Positions 11,671-24,300 of a DNA stretch of 64,000 nucleotides are shown here, piece after piece. A program made the position numbers and the translations under genes. Below the pieces are notes generated by a model. That model was given only the letters and a program-made list of their open reading frames with translations, did no database searches and was not told where the DNA came from. The stretch spans positions 41,976,001 through 42,040,000 of the forward strand of contig OZ249436.1 of the NCBI GenBank assembly GCA_965235115.1, read 5' to 3'. Source of the DNA: Laetmonice hystrix. Its lineage: Eukaryota. Numbering within the stretch: position 1 is the first letter of the stretch; the number at the start of each line of letters is the position of its first letter.

Positions 11671-12827
11671 CATTATTATAACATCAAGTACAATATTTAG
11701 GAGTTAACCGCCTTTGACTTTTTTTTGGTGTAGGAAAAAGGAGGGGAACTGCCCCCCCCCCTACCCTGACGCGCCTGCAACAACAAAAGGTTATAGCTTG
11801 TACTGCACGAAAAATGTAACTCCCGCGAGGCCACAAGTATTACAAACATGCAGTTCAAAGTCACTTCGCTTTCCTCTGCCAATAGCTACGTTTCGTGACC
11901 AGCACCTATTGTGCAGGGAGCATAGGCATAACATCTTGTATCATTGGCCGCTCCCGGCTGAGCTCCGGGGTCGTAGAATGGGGTGTTTTGCTACAGTTTC
12001 TTCACCTGATGTAATATTATGATGCGGCTGCTGCAGCTGCTGCTTCCGCCACTGAGGGTCCTCTTTTACAACTGGGCTGCATGCATGCAACCCATCCCGC
12101 GAGGATTTGGCGGGAAAGTAGAGAGCCATCAAAGGAAGACAGCAGATTTCAGCATATGGACATTTCATGAGTCGGTGCACTCGACATTCATGTAAGTGTC
12201 ACCTTGCTCAATCTAACGAAACTCGGTCCACGGCGGAAAGTGCTCTTCCGACATGCTCAGAAACTGTCGGAGCTCTGAGCGTGTAACCTGAAGAGCGCCT
12301 TATCAGCCTGACCCGAGCATCGTCGAGCGGGAGTCACTTATAGAGGTCAGACTTCTGCTATATTCAGTCTCACTCCATGTGGGCTTTTACAGAGGAGCTA
12401 CTTACAACCCCGGCGTCCATGGGAACTGCTCTTCGTCTGAAGCACGCCTGCCGACCCTGACATTTGAACCGCTATCTGATGTGAGTTAGAAGTTAAAATT
12501 TCATGAACGTCATGAAGACGAGAGACCGGTCTCAAACATCTCAAGAGAGATGGCCTGTGGAGACGTGTGAAAGTAAGATGCCTGTGACATTATCATGGTG
12601 TTCGCCCAGCAAATGAACCAAAATAACGGGACCATCACAGTGATCATACAAGCAGCAACTTGATGATGCTGAGTAGCCTAATCTGAAGGATGATAGAGCT
12701 CTATACGCCCACTGATAAGGCCAGTCAATGACCTATAAAAGGTGTATTTAGCATCTCTGTTCTAGACAGATCAAGCGGCCCCGGAGTCGGAGAAGCATTT
12801 TAGAGGATTTACTGACTCTCACAGAAG

Positions 12828-12891
12828 ATGCTTGTTTTGTGTGAAGATCGGAATGTTCAGGGAGCAGTGACGAGAGGATATGATTCTGACG
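12828..12891 (+). CDS. Candidate alternative first coding exon of the large plus-strand gene (MLVLCEDRNVQGAVTRGYDSD)
   Basis: Acceptor tctctgttctag at 12765, ATG 12828, donor GACG|gtaggc at 12891; phase 1 matches the acceptor at 22013. A possible upstream non-coding exon ends at cat|gtaagt (~12191). Not supported by homology. Confidence 0.35.
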
Positions 12892-13899
12892 GTAGGCATG
12901 TGTTTGAATTTGAACCGCGGTGTGTGAGGCCCTTCCCTGCTATATCACCGACCATTGCATGCATGCTTCTCCCGTATCGGTTCCTCATGCATTGGCCACA
13001 GGAATGGATGCTACACAACCCACCCTTTATGACTACGAAAAGACACGTGTATGTCTATTAGTTTGTCTCTGCCTTGTGCATGTATACGTCTTGCCAACTG
13101 CTCCAGATACAGCGCTTACAGACCTTTATAACCATTAGATCCATTCATCTGTCTATAGCCTACTTCGCAAGGTACAAAATATTAGTTGTTCCAATCAATT
13201 ATCATTCTCAGACTGAGATTCCTTTGTTTTATCGTTTAGAAGGTAGCGCCACCCGGTTCTTCGATTATTAAATAGACGAAATCGAAGAAAATAATGCCCG
13301 AGATTGTCCTAAAGTGCACCGTTTAGCATGGATGCATTTGACAAATTCCTCCAGGTGACATTTGGACTCCCTCGCACCGTCAACCCAAACCTTTGATTAC
13401 GACACGTATAGGTACATGACATATAGGCTTAGGAAATATTTCAAGCAAGAGGCGGATGCAGAAACGTCACGGAGAAGGACATCTTCACATAAGCCGAATT
13501 TTCTTTTCCTCTAACCGATTCCTCAACATGTGCTTATGACATGACGCGACCTAAACCTGAATAGACCTATGTGTTGATATAACCTATCTGCAGATATAGG
13601 AATGTGGAGGGGATATCCCATGTGACTCATGATCTCAGGAAGGGCGAAGCCTGCGTGGTAGATCAGGGTGCAGAGGGTAATGCCCCTTGAAAATTACTTG
13701 CACTCCTTTAGCAATCTGGTCATTGTCATAAATATCATCAAAGAACGTTCTCTGAACCATATGGCAACGTTAAATTACCATTGACTTACTTCGTCCCTGG
13801 AACGAGGTGTTGTTAGGCGCTGCTGTGGTAAGGCTCCTCAACCAGCACCTTGTGGGTTCACCCCCTGCCTCTTTAGGGAAAATACCCTTACCCCTCCAC

Positions 13900-13980
13900 C
13901 TGCTGCACGTAAAAGAACCCATGCCACTTATCGGAATAAAAAGGGCGTTGTTCCGATGTTCGGGTTTCATCCCGGACTGA
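13900..13980 (+). mobile_element. Possible Nin/Deu-domain SINE remnant
   Basis: tgcacgtaaaagaacccatgccacttatcggaataaaaagggcgttgttccgatgttc resembles, from memory, the conserved central Nin/Deu SINE domain (cgtaaaagatcccatggcactattcgaagaagagcagggg...ccggtgtcc). Needs an alignment. Confidence 0.4.
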
Positions 13981-14857
13981 ATGAATGAAAGATTATAGTC
14001 TCGCCCTGAAGAAAACAAAAAAATAGTGTCGACAGAGGGGTGAATATATGCTGCAACCAGTCACCACCATCACTGTGAGTGTATGTGTGATATACGTCTC
14101 CTACTTGGCCACAAACACTTCTATAGTGGACTGCCTGTCGAGGTTGAAAAAAAAACCGGACGGTGTTTCCGGTAGCGTTAGCGGCTGGGAAAGATCTTAG
14201 GATCGCAGGATAGGCCTAGGTCTGTTTATTAAAGAGGTATTTTGGTAGAAAGTAACAAAACAACTTCTTTTGCTGTTTTGGTGATGTGATATTTCGTTGA
14301 AATTGATTGATAAATAAAGGGCGCAAGATTAACTTCATTTTCCTTTAGAAATCGGCTTTTCTGAACAAGCCCCATCAGACGTGACCCCCATCTATTCGGT
14401 CGAGTAGATTCCCCCCCCCCCCCCCCCCCACAGCATTTTGTTCTGACCGTGGCCAAACAGGGATGGGAAGGAAGCGCGTATTTTTTATGGTGTAGGTCTA
14501 CACAACATAGGCGGTGGAAGATAAAATTGTTTGGGGGGGGGGGGGGTGAATGACATAGGTCCCACGTTCCAAAATTTGAAATGCGGGTCATGCGTGCGCC
14601 AAAGGCGCGAATTATTAGCCTTTAGCGGTGGGTTTGGGTTTAGGGAAAAAATTGAAAATTAGAGTGCCAAATCCGCGTTTTCCTGGTATCTCGGAACAAA
14701 ATCCAGACTTAGCTGAAAATATATACAGTAACTCTTTTTTTTATTAAGAGTTAGTTAAAAAGTCAGTCTGCAAAAATACGGGGGGGTGCCACAATCGCCA
14801 TCTATCGGATATTGCTAGATCTAGGCTATACTCGATGTGGACAGGCCCTAACCCGCG

Positions 14858-15405
14858 CACTCTAAAACAGATTGGTTAAAATGACCAGGATAATGGTTAA
14901 ATTTAACCAATCTAGATGGTAGATATGTGTCCCACCGAGATCTTGGTTAAAATAACCAATCCAGGTTTGGTAGTTATTTTAACCAATCCATATTGGTTAC
15001 TATAGCAACCAATGTCGCATTGGTTATTTCAACCAAGTCACTGGGTAGTTGTTTTGACCAATCCATTTTGGTTACTATAGTAACCAATGTTCATTGGTTA
15101 TTTCAACCAAGATCACTGGGTAGTTGTTTTGACCAATCCATATTGGTTACTATAGTAACCAAGGTCCATTGGTTATTTCAACCAATACAGAGTTGGTTAA
15201 AACAACCAATCTTGTTTGGGTGGTTTTTCAACCAATGCATATTGGTTGGAATATTAACCAACATCGTTGGTCAACTTAACCAAATTATTGTATACTACCA
15301 ATGTGAATGGTAACCAAACAACCAATGTGTTGGTCAGTATTTGACCAACATATTGGTTGTAGGGTACTACCAATGTGAATGGTAACCAAACAACCAATGT
15401 GTACT
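14858..15405. mobile_element. CACTA/EnSpm-like non-autonomous element (left end plus subterminal AACCAA/TTGGTT repeats), truncated
   Basis: Starts CACTCTAAAA at 14858, followed by ~550 bp of dense direct and inverted aaccaa/ttggtt motifs with ~75-bp higher-order repeats; no matching right terminus seen. Confidence 0.6.
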
Positions 15406-18400
15406 ACAGTTGCGGGGAATCATGGGACAGTCAGATGGCCTGCTTATACCAGAATATGGCGCCAAGTTTGAATGAAGCGGCGTGCACCGAATCAATCTTC
15501 TTTTTACTGCACACGCAGTGGAAAAATGGAAAGACGTCGGTCAGCACGATGTCACCAGTAAGAATTGATATTTAGGGTCGCTTTACACTGTCAGATAGGA
15601 GAAAAGCCAATCCCGATTCCGTGTTCCACGAAGTGTACCTTTAAGGCCTGTAGGACTGTAAATGGCGTCAACTAGTCTTTCTTACTGCGCATCAACATCG
15701 TATACCTCTAAGATAAAAACATTGTGCATGGGAGGCAGTAAAGTTACTTTTTGGGGGTCGACCAATTTCTAGGTAGGGTTGGGTTACTGCAGACGTATTG
15801 CTTTCTTTGAAACATATAGTCCACGGTGTCAAAATCCGCATTGAGAAAAAGGTCATTTCTTACGGACTCTTTGAAACCCATGCCGCAAAAAGTGGAGAAG
15901 GAAGTGGAATTCGGAGACTGGAAGGCTGCTAGCGGAAATGAAGAAAGATACAGAAGAAAAAAATAAAGAAAACATAAAGAAAAAAGAACAGTTAGCATAG
16001 CAGGAAGTGAGAGTTGCAGAACATTCAAATATAGTTTGATTCCCAACGTTTTATAGGGTTGCAAAGTAGCGATATACATTAATCGTGGAGCTTATAAACA
16101 CCTTATTATTATCATGAAATAAAGTGTCTAAAGCTGTTCGACAAATGAACTGTGTCTGGATGTGTGTACGAGCTTGCTTAGACCTCTGAGAACTGTATCA
16201 TGGGGTACCTCTTGATTTATTACTTGGGAGGTTTACTGGAACCGGCCCATTCCAAGGTTTCCAGGACTGTCTTTTTAACGGCAAGTTTGAGTGGGTTAAA
16301 GGTCAGCAGACATGATGATCCTGACCTAGCTTGGCGTGGCCACGGTTGATGGGGGTGATGGGCGTGAGCAGACATGGCCGGGTCCAGCAGACTCACACTG
16401 ACCAGCTACCACCCCTTGGCGGACGTGCCACATGAGCGCTCCCAGCAGTTCGCTCCCCCGTCCCGGGCGCCGTGTTCCAGCGCTCCGCCACCAACACCTA
16501 TATCTCATCCGCGCCCACTTTTCGCATACATTTCTCCCCCATCCCCCTACAGTAGTCTCCGGCCGCATACACACCTACTGACTAGCATGCTGTAGCTGAC
16601 TCCAGCTTCAGATCGGCTCAATTTTTTCGCGGGGCCCCTAGCAGGGCGTGGAATGTGGGCGTCGAACCCAACACAGCGTGAGGTGTTGGAGATGTAGTGA
16701 GGACACCGACCGGTCACCATCACGGTCACTGCTTGGTCCAACATCCTCCAAGAGTACTACGACTTTTGATCAGACAGCCCCAGGCAGTTGAAACTTGCCG
16801 ATCAACATCACCCTTCAACTGAAAGTAAGTGTCTCTTTAACGTCAGGAGCAATGTGCTTGAATCTTGGACAGGGCAACTGGAAAGAGACGTTTAACGACG
16901 ACCGCAGTCTGCTCCATGGGTTGCAAAAACACTGGCCGGTAATTAAGACATCTGGCCCTATAGCAGCCCTCATGTCAGAGGTGGTGTCGGTTTTACGTCT
17001 GGTTTTATGGTGGGGGTTGAAGTCCGGGTTGGCAGTGAAAGCCAGATTACGAGTAACTTCACGACAAGACCAAAACGCCCTGGTAAACAAAGATAGAGGA
17101 GTGTCACGCCGCTAAGCTTCACGTTTACTTCGTCTTCCTCAAGGTCCGCTAGTCCTTCTTGGAAGAGCAATTACCTGTACTAACCCTACTCTTGATTTAT
17201 TTTAAAAAACGTATTCAGAGATAACACATGCAACACACAATGTGAAACCGTAAAATGGGTGGAATCACTTCCAACACCTTTGATACGATCTATATCCAGT
17301 GTATACAAGAAATACACGACATCATGCCACCGTCATTACACAAGGATAGAATTTTCAGGCGTTTTCTAAATAAATGTTTGTTTGTGATAGGCCCAACCCC
17401 TAAAACAAGTCGCTAAAGTATGTATGGCTATACAGGACACACGTTTGTGGGTACTGATTGTCGAATGGAATATAAAGAATTAAATGCACCTGATGCTTAC
17501 GTTCAAACTAAACTTGATGGTGTAAAAAGTCCATATTTTGATCAATTAATCCTAACTTCGAGTATGATAGGCCTATCTTCTGCGCAGCAAGAAAAGGGAA
17601 ACCAATTTGGCATACGCATAATTCATATAATTATATTGAGTGAAGATGATTAGGCCTATACCTATAAGTACGGATGACTTTCAAGTTTGAAGTGCAATGC
17701 ATGTAGATGCTCCAGAGCCCAAGCATTCAACATAAGGCTTAGATCTTATAATAACTCGTAAAGCAAGCTGTTGGATGTAGTGCCAAGCACGTTCGGCTGT
17801 AGAATATGGCTCCTATTGCTCTTGCACCAGGACGCCCTCCTCGTTAGGTGTACTTTTTGCATTGCGTTCATCCTGTTGGCGAAAATTCTGGGTAAAGGTA
17901 TGTATGAGTCATGACTCCGTGTTTGGAATGTGAGGGTCGTGACGTTCACTTCATAAAATGGCAAGATTCGATATTCACAATTCATCATCACACCAGTTGA
18001 AGGATCACTAGGTAATAAGACATCTGATCGGGGTCATGGACGTCTCAGGGGTGAGTCTGTCCAGGAAACTGACCGCTATATATAAATATATATATCCTCA
18101 GAATTCGACCCCCGCCCCCACCCCCTTCCACGGGGAAGGTTTCGCGATCTGAGGAGACCCCCCCCCCGCCCCGACCAAGCCAGCCCCAGACCGACCCCAG
18201 AGCCTGGGTTGCCACAGCGGGCCGTTTGGCCACCTCCATGGCGTTGACCCCCAAGTCTGCGCGGTCGGGAGGTACCGGCCGATGACGTTCAAAATCTCGC
18301 AGGGATGTGTGCTCGTCTCAACCACAGCGACTCCATCATATAGAGTCCAGTTCAGGATAGAGAGGTTACCGTCACCCGATGGCCCGTATGTCAAGGTTTA

Positions 18401-21150
18401 CACCCCTATAGTCGGCCTATATACCCCCGGCCCCCAACCCCACCCGAGGGGCGGCTAACGGCGGATGGTTTCAATTAGACATCAGGGCTGTATTGTATGG
18501 TGGTCTGGAATGTTGATTATGAAGTATTATACAAGGAAACAGCAAACCAGACATCTGAAATAAGACCAGGCATAGATGGTGGGGCGGACATGTGCCAGGA
18601 AGCAGGCTACTGAGGCCTAGAACCTGCACGAGGCCGTAAACATTGGCGGAAATCCACGGCACGCAACACATCTGTCTGCTGGAAGAAAAACAAAACTTCT
18701 AAAGTGCCTAAAAATAGAATCGAGTTTCTAAAATTTCAATGGAAAGGTGCACGTTATTTAGTGATTTACTAATCATTGATGTTGCGTTTATTAACGTTTA
18801 CCTCCGTTGTTATTTTCATGCAAAAATCATACATGTAGGCCTATAGGCCTATAGATGCATGGTGACGAAATTATTTTTTAATTTTTAATTGAAAAACTCA
18901 TGTAACTACTCCGCCCCCACCTCCCGCAATGAAAAATGTACATGTATGCTAATCGGATTGTCTTCCACAGTTCTGGCGATTCTTATTTCGCATCCTTATC
19001 TCCATCAAAATTATTGCTGAACAGTTTGAATTATAGATCAAATTTCGCATCAGTCGTGACTGAGAACACCCTTTGACACTGCTTTTAAAAGCGGTGACTT
19101 CACAGAAGCAGATGCTCAAAAACAGCAAGTTGACGCATCGTTATTAAGAAAACTGTTCGAGGGGAAATAAAGTGTCGAAATCAAGATGTTCTCATTATAT
19201 TACCATTTTGATAGCATTTCCACAGAACATCTAAATTTCATATAATTTGTATACTTAGCTATATGCACTGGAATAATGCGGTATTGGGAGGGGGAGATAT
19301 GGTGATGCCCGCGCCCCCTGTAAGTTGTTTCCGGAACTAGTTTTGCACACGCCCATGACCTTTCAGGTGAGGCCAGGTAGTGGGGTCATTACGTGCAACC
19401 CCGCCTTCCTCCAGCCCTACCAACACAGCTATCATCATCAGCACCAAAACCCCCCAACAACCTTTCAACAAAACCGCCCCTATTTATTATATTTATGACT
19501 CTAAAGCATACTGTGCTCACCATGGGGTCCTTTAAAAGAAGTCGGCGCAAGGAGATGTTTATGTCTGGGTCAGCCGCTGAATATCAGCCCCTGCGTACGG
19601 TAGTATACGTATCTACTATATTAGACGTAATGCATAACAGCATGTAAAGTATATTGCACTTGTACCGAGAGATGATGAAAGGCATTGAGGGCTACAGTAT
19701 TTATCTTGAGGAAGGTTATAGTGAAAAACTGGAGAATATTATGTTCTTTGTTTTCCAGTATTCATGTTCGGACACATAGGGCCTAGGCCTACTATGCATA
19801 TTTTAAATATCTAAACTATTATGAAAAAAGAGGATCTGATGTAAATGTGTCACATTTGTTTCCTCACCCTATTTATGATGCACTGTATGTATGAAAAAAG
19901 TATGTATCTGATTTTTCACTTACAGTGGGTGATGCTGGCAAGAATGACGTCCCTAGGGAAGAAGACCTTTCGTTTAATTGAGCTGTGGTAGAGAAGGAGA
20001 TGGCTACAACAAAGGCATTTTATCTGAGGTATGGTAGGAGGATTCCAAAAATTATATATTTTTTAAATCAGAAAGGATTTCTTATGCAGAATCACAATCT
20101 GTATGTACAGGGGTTCGAAAATGTACTACGCTTGAATCTGGAGCCGGGGAAAGCCACGGAGTCAATACGTCAGAGGGAGATTGAGTTAATTGGTTGAGAC
20201 CAATGGACTGTTTACTTTCCATGGTGGCCATGCCTGCTCAGCTGCTGTCAGCACCGATGGACCCATGAGTAAAACGTTCCGTGTATCCCGAAACAGGAGG
20301 CGAGGCGCTTCCGCTATAACAGATCAGAGATGTCCGCGTTGATTTCAATCAGGGCCGTTTTACTGGCTTCATGTTCGTATAAAGTGGGACACCCCTGGTT
20401 TTTGTTTGCGGGTGGATGAATATCGTAATAAGTATGATCTCTATTAATACATAATGCCCCCCTTATTTATGTCCCATTTCTCTAATGTTCAATAATGTTC
20501 CCAGCCTTATTCGGCCTTCAGAGGATTATGTTTATAACTAATCATATTTTAGTTGATATATAGGCAGCTGTAATATGCTGACGTTAAAATCCCAAACGTT
20601 CGCCCAAACTATCTCGTTGTGCCTATGAAACATAATAAGGCAGGGCTGTTTTATATATGATATAAGACAGATTAAGGCCTTCCACACATGGGCGTGCTTT
20701 CAGAGGGCCGCCAGCCTATACCGTCGCTCAGGTGCACGCAGATGCAGGTCATCTGTCCGTCCGATTAAGCACCTCACCCAGACCATCTGTGAGAGCATGC
20801 ACTCAAATCTGTCGAGGGCTACCTTACGATAAGCTGGTAAAAAATGTGGAATAACTGCCAAAACATTCCTAGTAACTAGGAGCTGCATCTTCGCCAAGTG
20901 CCCAATTTATTTACCTGAATGCCTCCCTACAACAAGAAAAAGTACACTGGAAGGGGAAAGAGAAGAAACAATCGACCTGAGTCTGGCGAAGGTGTGCGAG
21001 GAAGATCTCGGCTCTCTTCTCTGCCAAACGTATATCGTGGGCTGCCTGATTCCAGCTGCTTCGAGTCATGTTTTAGATGGCAGAGCAGGGCACAAGTGGA
21101 ATAGGGGGTCCACGAATAGCTTCTCCTCGCTGTCCCGGCCAGGAGGTGGT

Positions 21151-21186
21151 CTGCCTCCCTGCCTCCCTGCCTCCCTGCCTCCCTGC
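21151..21186. repeat. (CTGCCTCC)n short tandem repeat
   Basis: ctgcctcc x ~4.5, ~180 bp upstream of the tentative first coding exon. Confidence 0.8.
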
Positions 21187-21364
21187 TGCTGTTAGGCAGA
21201 AGGTGCCGGACACCTCAGAGGGAGAGCAGCGCCTTGGGCCGTGTGGCGTCGGCGTGCTTGCTCGTAATACAAGAAGTGTAGGAAAACAGACCGGTCAAAA
21301 CATCAACATCAGCAGACTCGGAGAGCCATAGACACAAGACTGTGAATCTTCTCGTTCTACTAGG

Positions 21365-24300
21365 ATGGACGAATGGCAGGGTGAGTGGGAAGGGAGAGAG
21401 GACGGATGGTCGTGAACTTACACGTATTGTAGGGAGAGTCAGCTCAAATCATCAGAGAACTCTGTCCGGTGGCAGAGAGCACACAGGGCCTGGGAGTTTG
21501 GAACAAATTGGGCCATGCACCTTCCACCCACCGAAAGTAACGGCACTGTTCTATATATACGGCGCCAGGGTGTTTATTTAGGCACAGTTCTAAACAGATT
21601 GATAGACTGGAATATGAAGAATGCAGCGGTTCTGCGCTTGTCGTCTTGTGACCTTTAGTCCTGACAAGTGGAATGCAAACGGTATAATGTTGACTAGCGG
21701 CGAGGTGGCACTATAGGATGCTTAGGACGAATTATATGAACAGGTGTTATGAAGAATTCATATGCTGCTATTGTATATAATTTGTTTATACTGAGATACA
21801 TTTTTCCTATAAGCGTACTCTCTCAGATACAACGTTGTACGGAGGCTGGACTTTATCTCAGAACCTCATCTGAAGCAAGGACCAGAAAATCGCATGAAGT
21901 ACTGCATTTCACCCGTCGATATCTCTATTCCAACGCTTCATAGTTTCCATCGGCATATATTTTTCATTGATTCATCATAATTTAAATCTAATCTTAATTA
22001 GTTATCTTCCAGCTGGTACGTTTGAAGACTGTACGGATTACAACATGGCCGATGGACACGACGACGTCATCAGTTATGAAGATGCGTATTCCAAAAGTGT
22101 TATATTCTTCATCGGTACCGACAACTGCAGCTCTGACCCATCACCTGTTGATCTGACTGATTCCCCCGATATACTGCAATCTGAGGTCGTATCCTGCAGC
22201 CATGATGACAACACGACGTTACAATCAAAGTCTAACCACCCAAATACAAATCAAGAACCAACATGTGATAAAGAGGACAAAACTGAGAAAAAAATGGAAA
22301 GTGGAAAAGTCAACGCTTGTGTGTCCCCACCGGGACAGGTCGAGCGAACTGTTGTTGTTACAGACGCTATGGAAAACGCTTCAAAAGTGAATGCGGACAA
22401 TGTTGTCATTTCTAAAACCAGCGAAACGTCTCGTGTACCAGTTTTAAAAGATGAACAAGAAGAACAACGACCACCACAGCCAGACAAACAAAGCAAAAAA
22501 TGCCTTACGGATAAGGAGGTTATGGAGCTCTATTTGGAGCGTGAGAGACAGTTTACAGAGGATTTCCTTTCAAAGCCGATCGCTGCCGCGGACCCAGAGC
22601 AGACCGGAAGGCCCAGGCCTCGAACAAAAACTGCGCGGAGATCGAGAAGTGTATCACCGTATCCAGGAATTGGTCTCGATCACCTCGGAAACCTAGTGAG
22701 ACTTTTGGAGCAGTTATCCAATTTGAAGGAACAGAATCAAGGGCTGAGAAGGAAATGTACATACTTGGAGCATACAAAGTCTCTTTTGTACGTTCATAAC
22801 GTAATGTTGAAATCCCGTGGCTCAATGGTCTCACCGAAGATGCGTAGAAGATCTAAAACCTCTTTAAAAGCCGGGAGTAGGAAACTGCTGCAGCATCAGC
22901 ATATGTCAGATGGGGGCCTTCTGAGCTGTAATCATTACGATTCTGATACTTCTGATGACGAAGTAACTTCCCATGAACCAACATCATCTCGTACAAAACT
23001 GAACAAACTTAGCCAACGCAGCCAGTCTGTTGGTTCGATCAACGTCGATAATGTCGACATTGATTTGACTCTTGGTGCATCTCATGCAACATCTCATAAA
23101 ACTGCAGATAAACACAATAAAGACGGCAGCAGATTCGAGGCAATGTTCTCAAAATCAAAAATATCTTCGAAGTGGGAACGAGTTAAGAAGGTATTCAGTG
23201 GAAAGCCAGAGCAGTGTGCAAAAACTGAGCCTGCGACAATCACCGCTGAGCAGTTGGTTAGGGCAAACAGTAAGTACACCCGGGCCCCTCAGAGCCCCCC
23301 TCCTCCACCTCCCCCGGTGTCTGGGTATCCCCAGCAGTCAGAGGTTGGCGAGAGATCAGCGCAGAGAGCGCCGACCTCTCCCGGGTCACCCCCGGCTGGG
23401 GCCGCCCTTGAACCATCAAGTTCGGGGTTGCCCGAGGTAGAGGGTCCCATCCCAAGCGTTGTTGCCAATGACCGGGACGTGTCAGACGAAGGAGGTAAAA
23501 GTGCCACTTCGGAGGTTGTGACTGACGGCGATGGACAAACTGCTGGGGGCTCAAGTTGTGAGAGTACTTCTGATAGCCGACCGTCACCGCGAAGGGACAC
23601 CAAGACTCCCACTACAGCTCCTGTGACAGACGAGGAGAAATCCAAGTCCAACTTTCTCTCCGTGAAACAGTCATCTCTAAGACGAAGGCAGTCAAGCCCC
23701 ACCCTTTGTCTCTCGGATGAATCGGATGTTTCAACTAAAGAGAAAGGAGCAGATTCGTTGGAACCTCCACGAAGTCCATCCATTCGGAGATCTTCAAGCT
23801 TTAAAGTGACAAAAAGTAACGATAGTTTTAATGATGTCAGTGATGATGCAAGTGGTCGAGTCCCCACCCCGAAAACACCCGAATCTCGCAAAAGTCACAA
23901 GTCTGCATGGGGACGAGTGAAAGATATAATCCATACACGAAAGGACAGTTTGAAACGAAAGAACAAACGCAGCAACTCTGCCGGCGACATGCTGCCCGAT
24001 GCCAATACCATGGAAGAAGGGTTTTATGAATACTGCAGTAAATCTGATGTAGAGGAGTTTTGTTATGAACGCTATGATGGAGGCGATATATCACCCCGGT
24101 CTGTATCACCAAGGCTGACGAGGAAAAATTCAAACAAGGCCCAGACCACGCCAAGCCCCCACCCTTCCCCACCTACGAAGAAGCGGCACGAATCGCCACC
24201 AAAGACGAAGAGGTCGGAACACATGAAGAGTCCCCCTGATTCCCCACCAAGCACCAAAACAGAAGGGAGCAGTCCACTGGTTCGTCCAAGTACGTCACCC

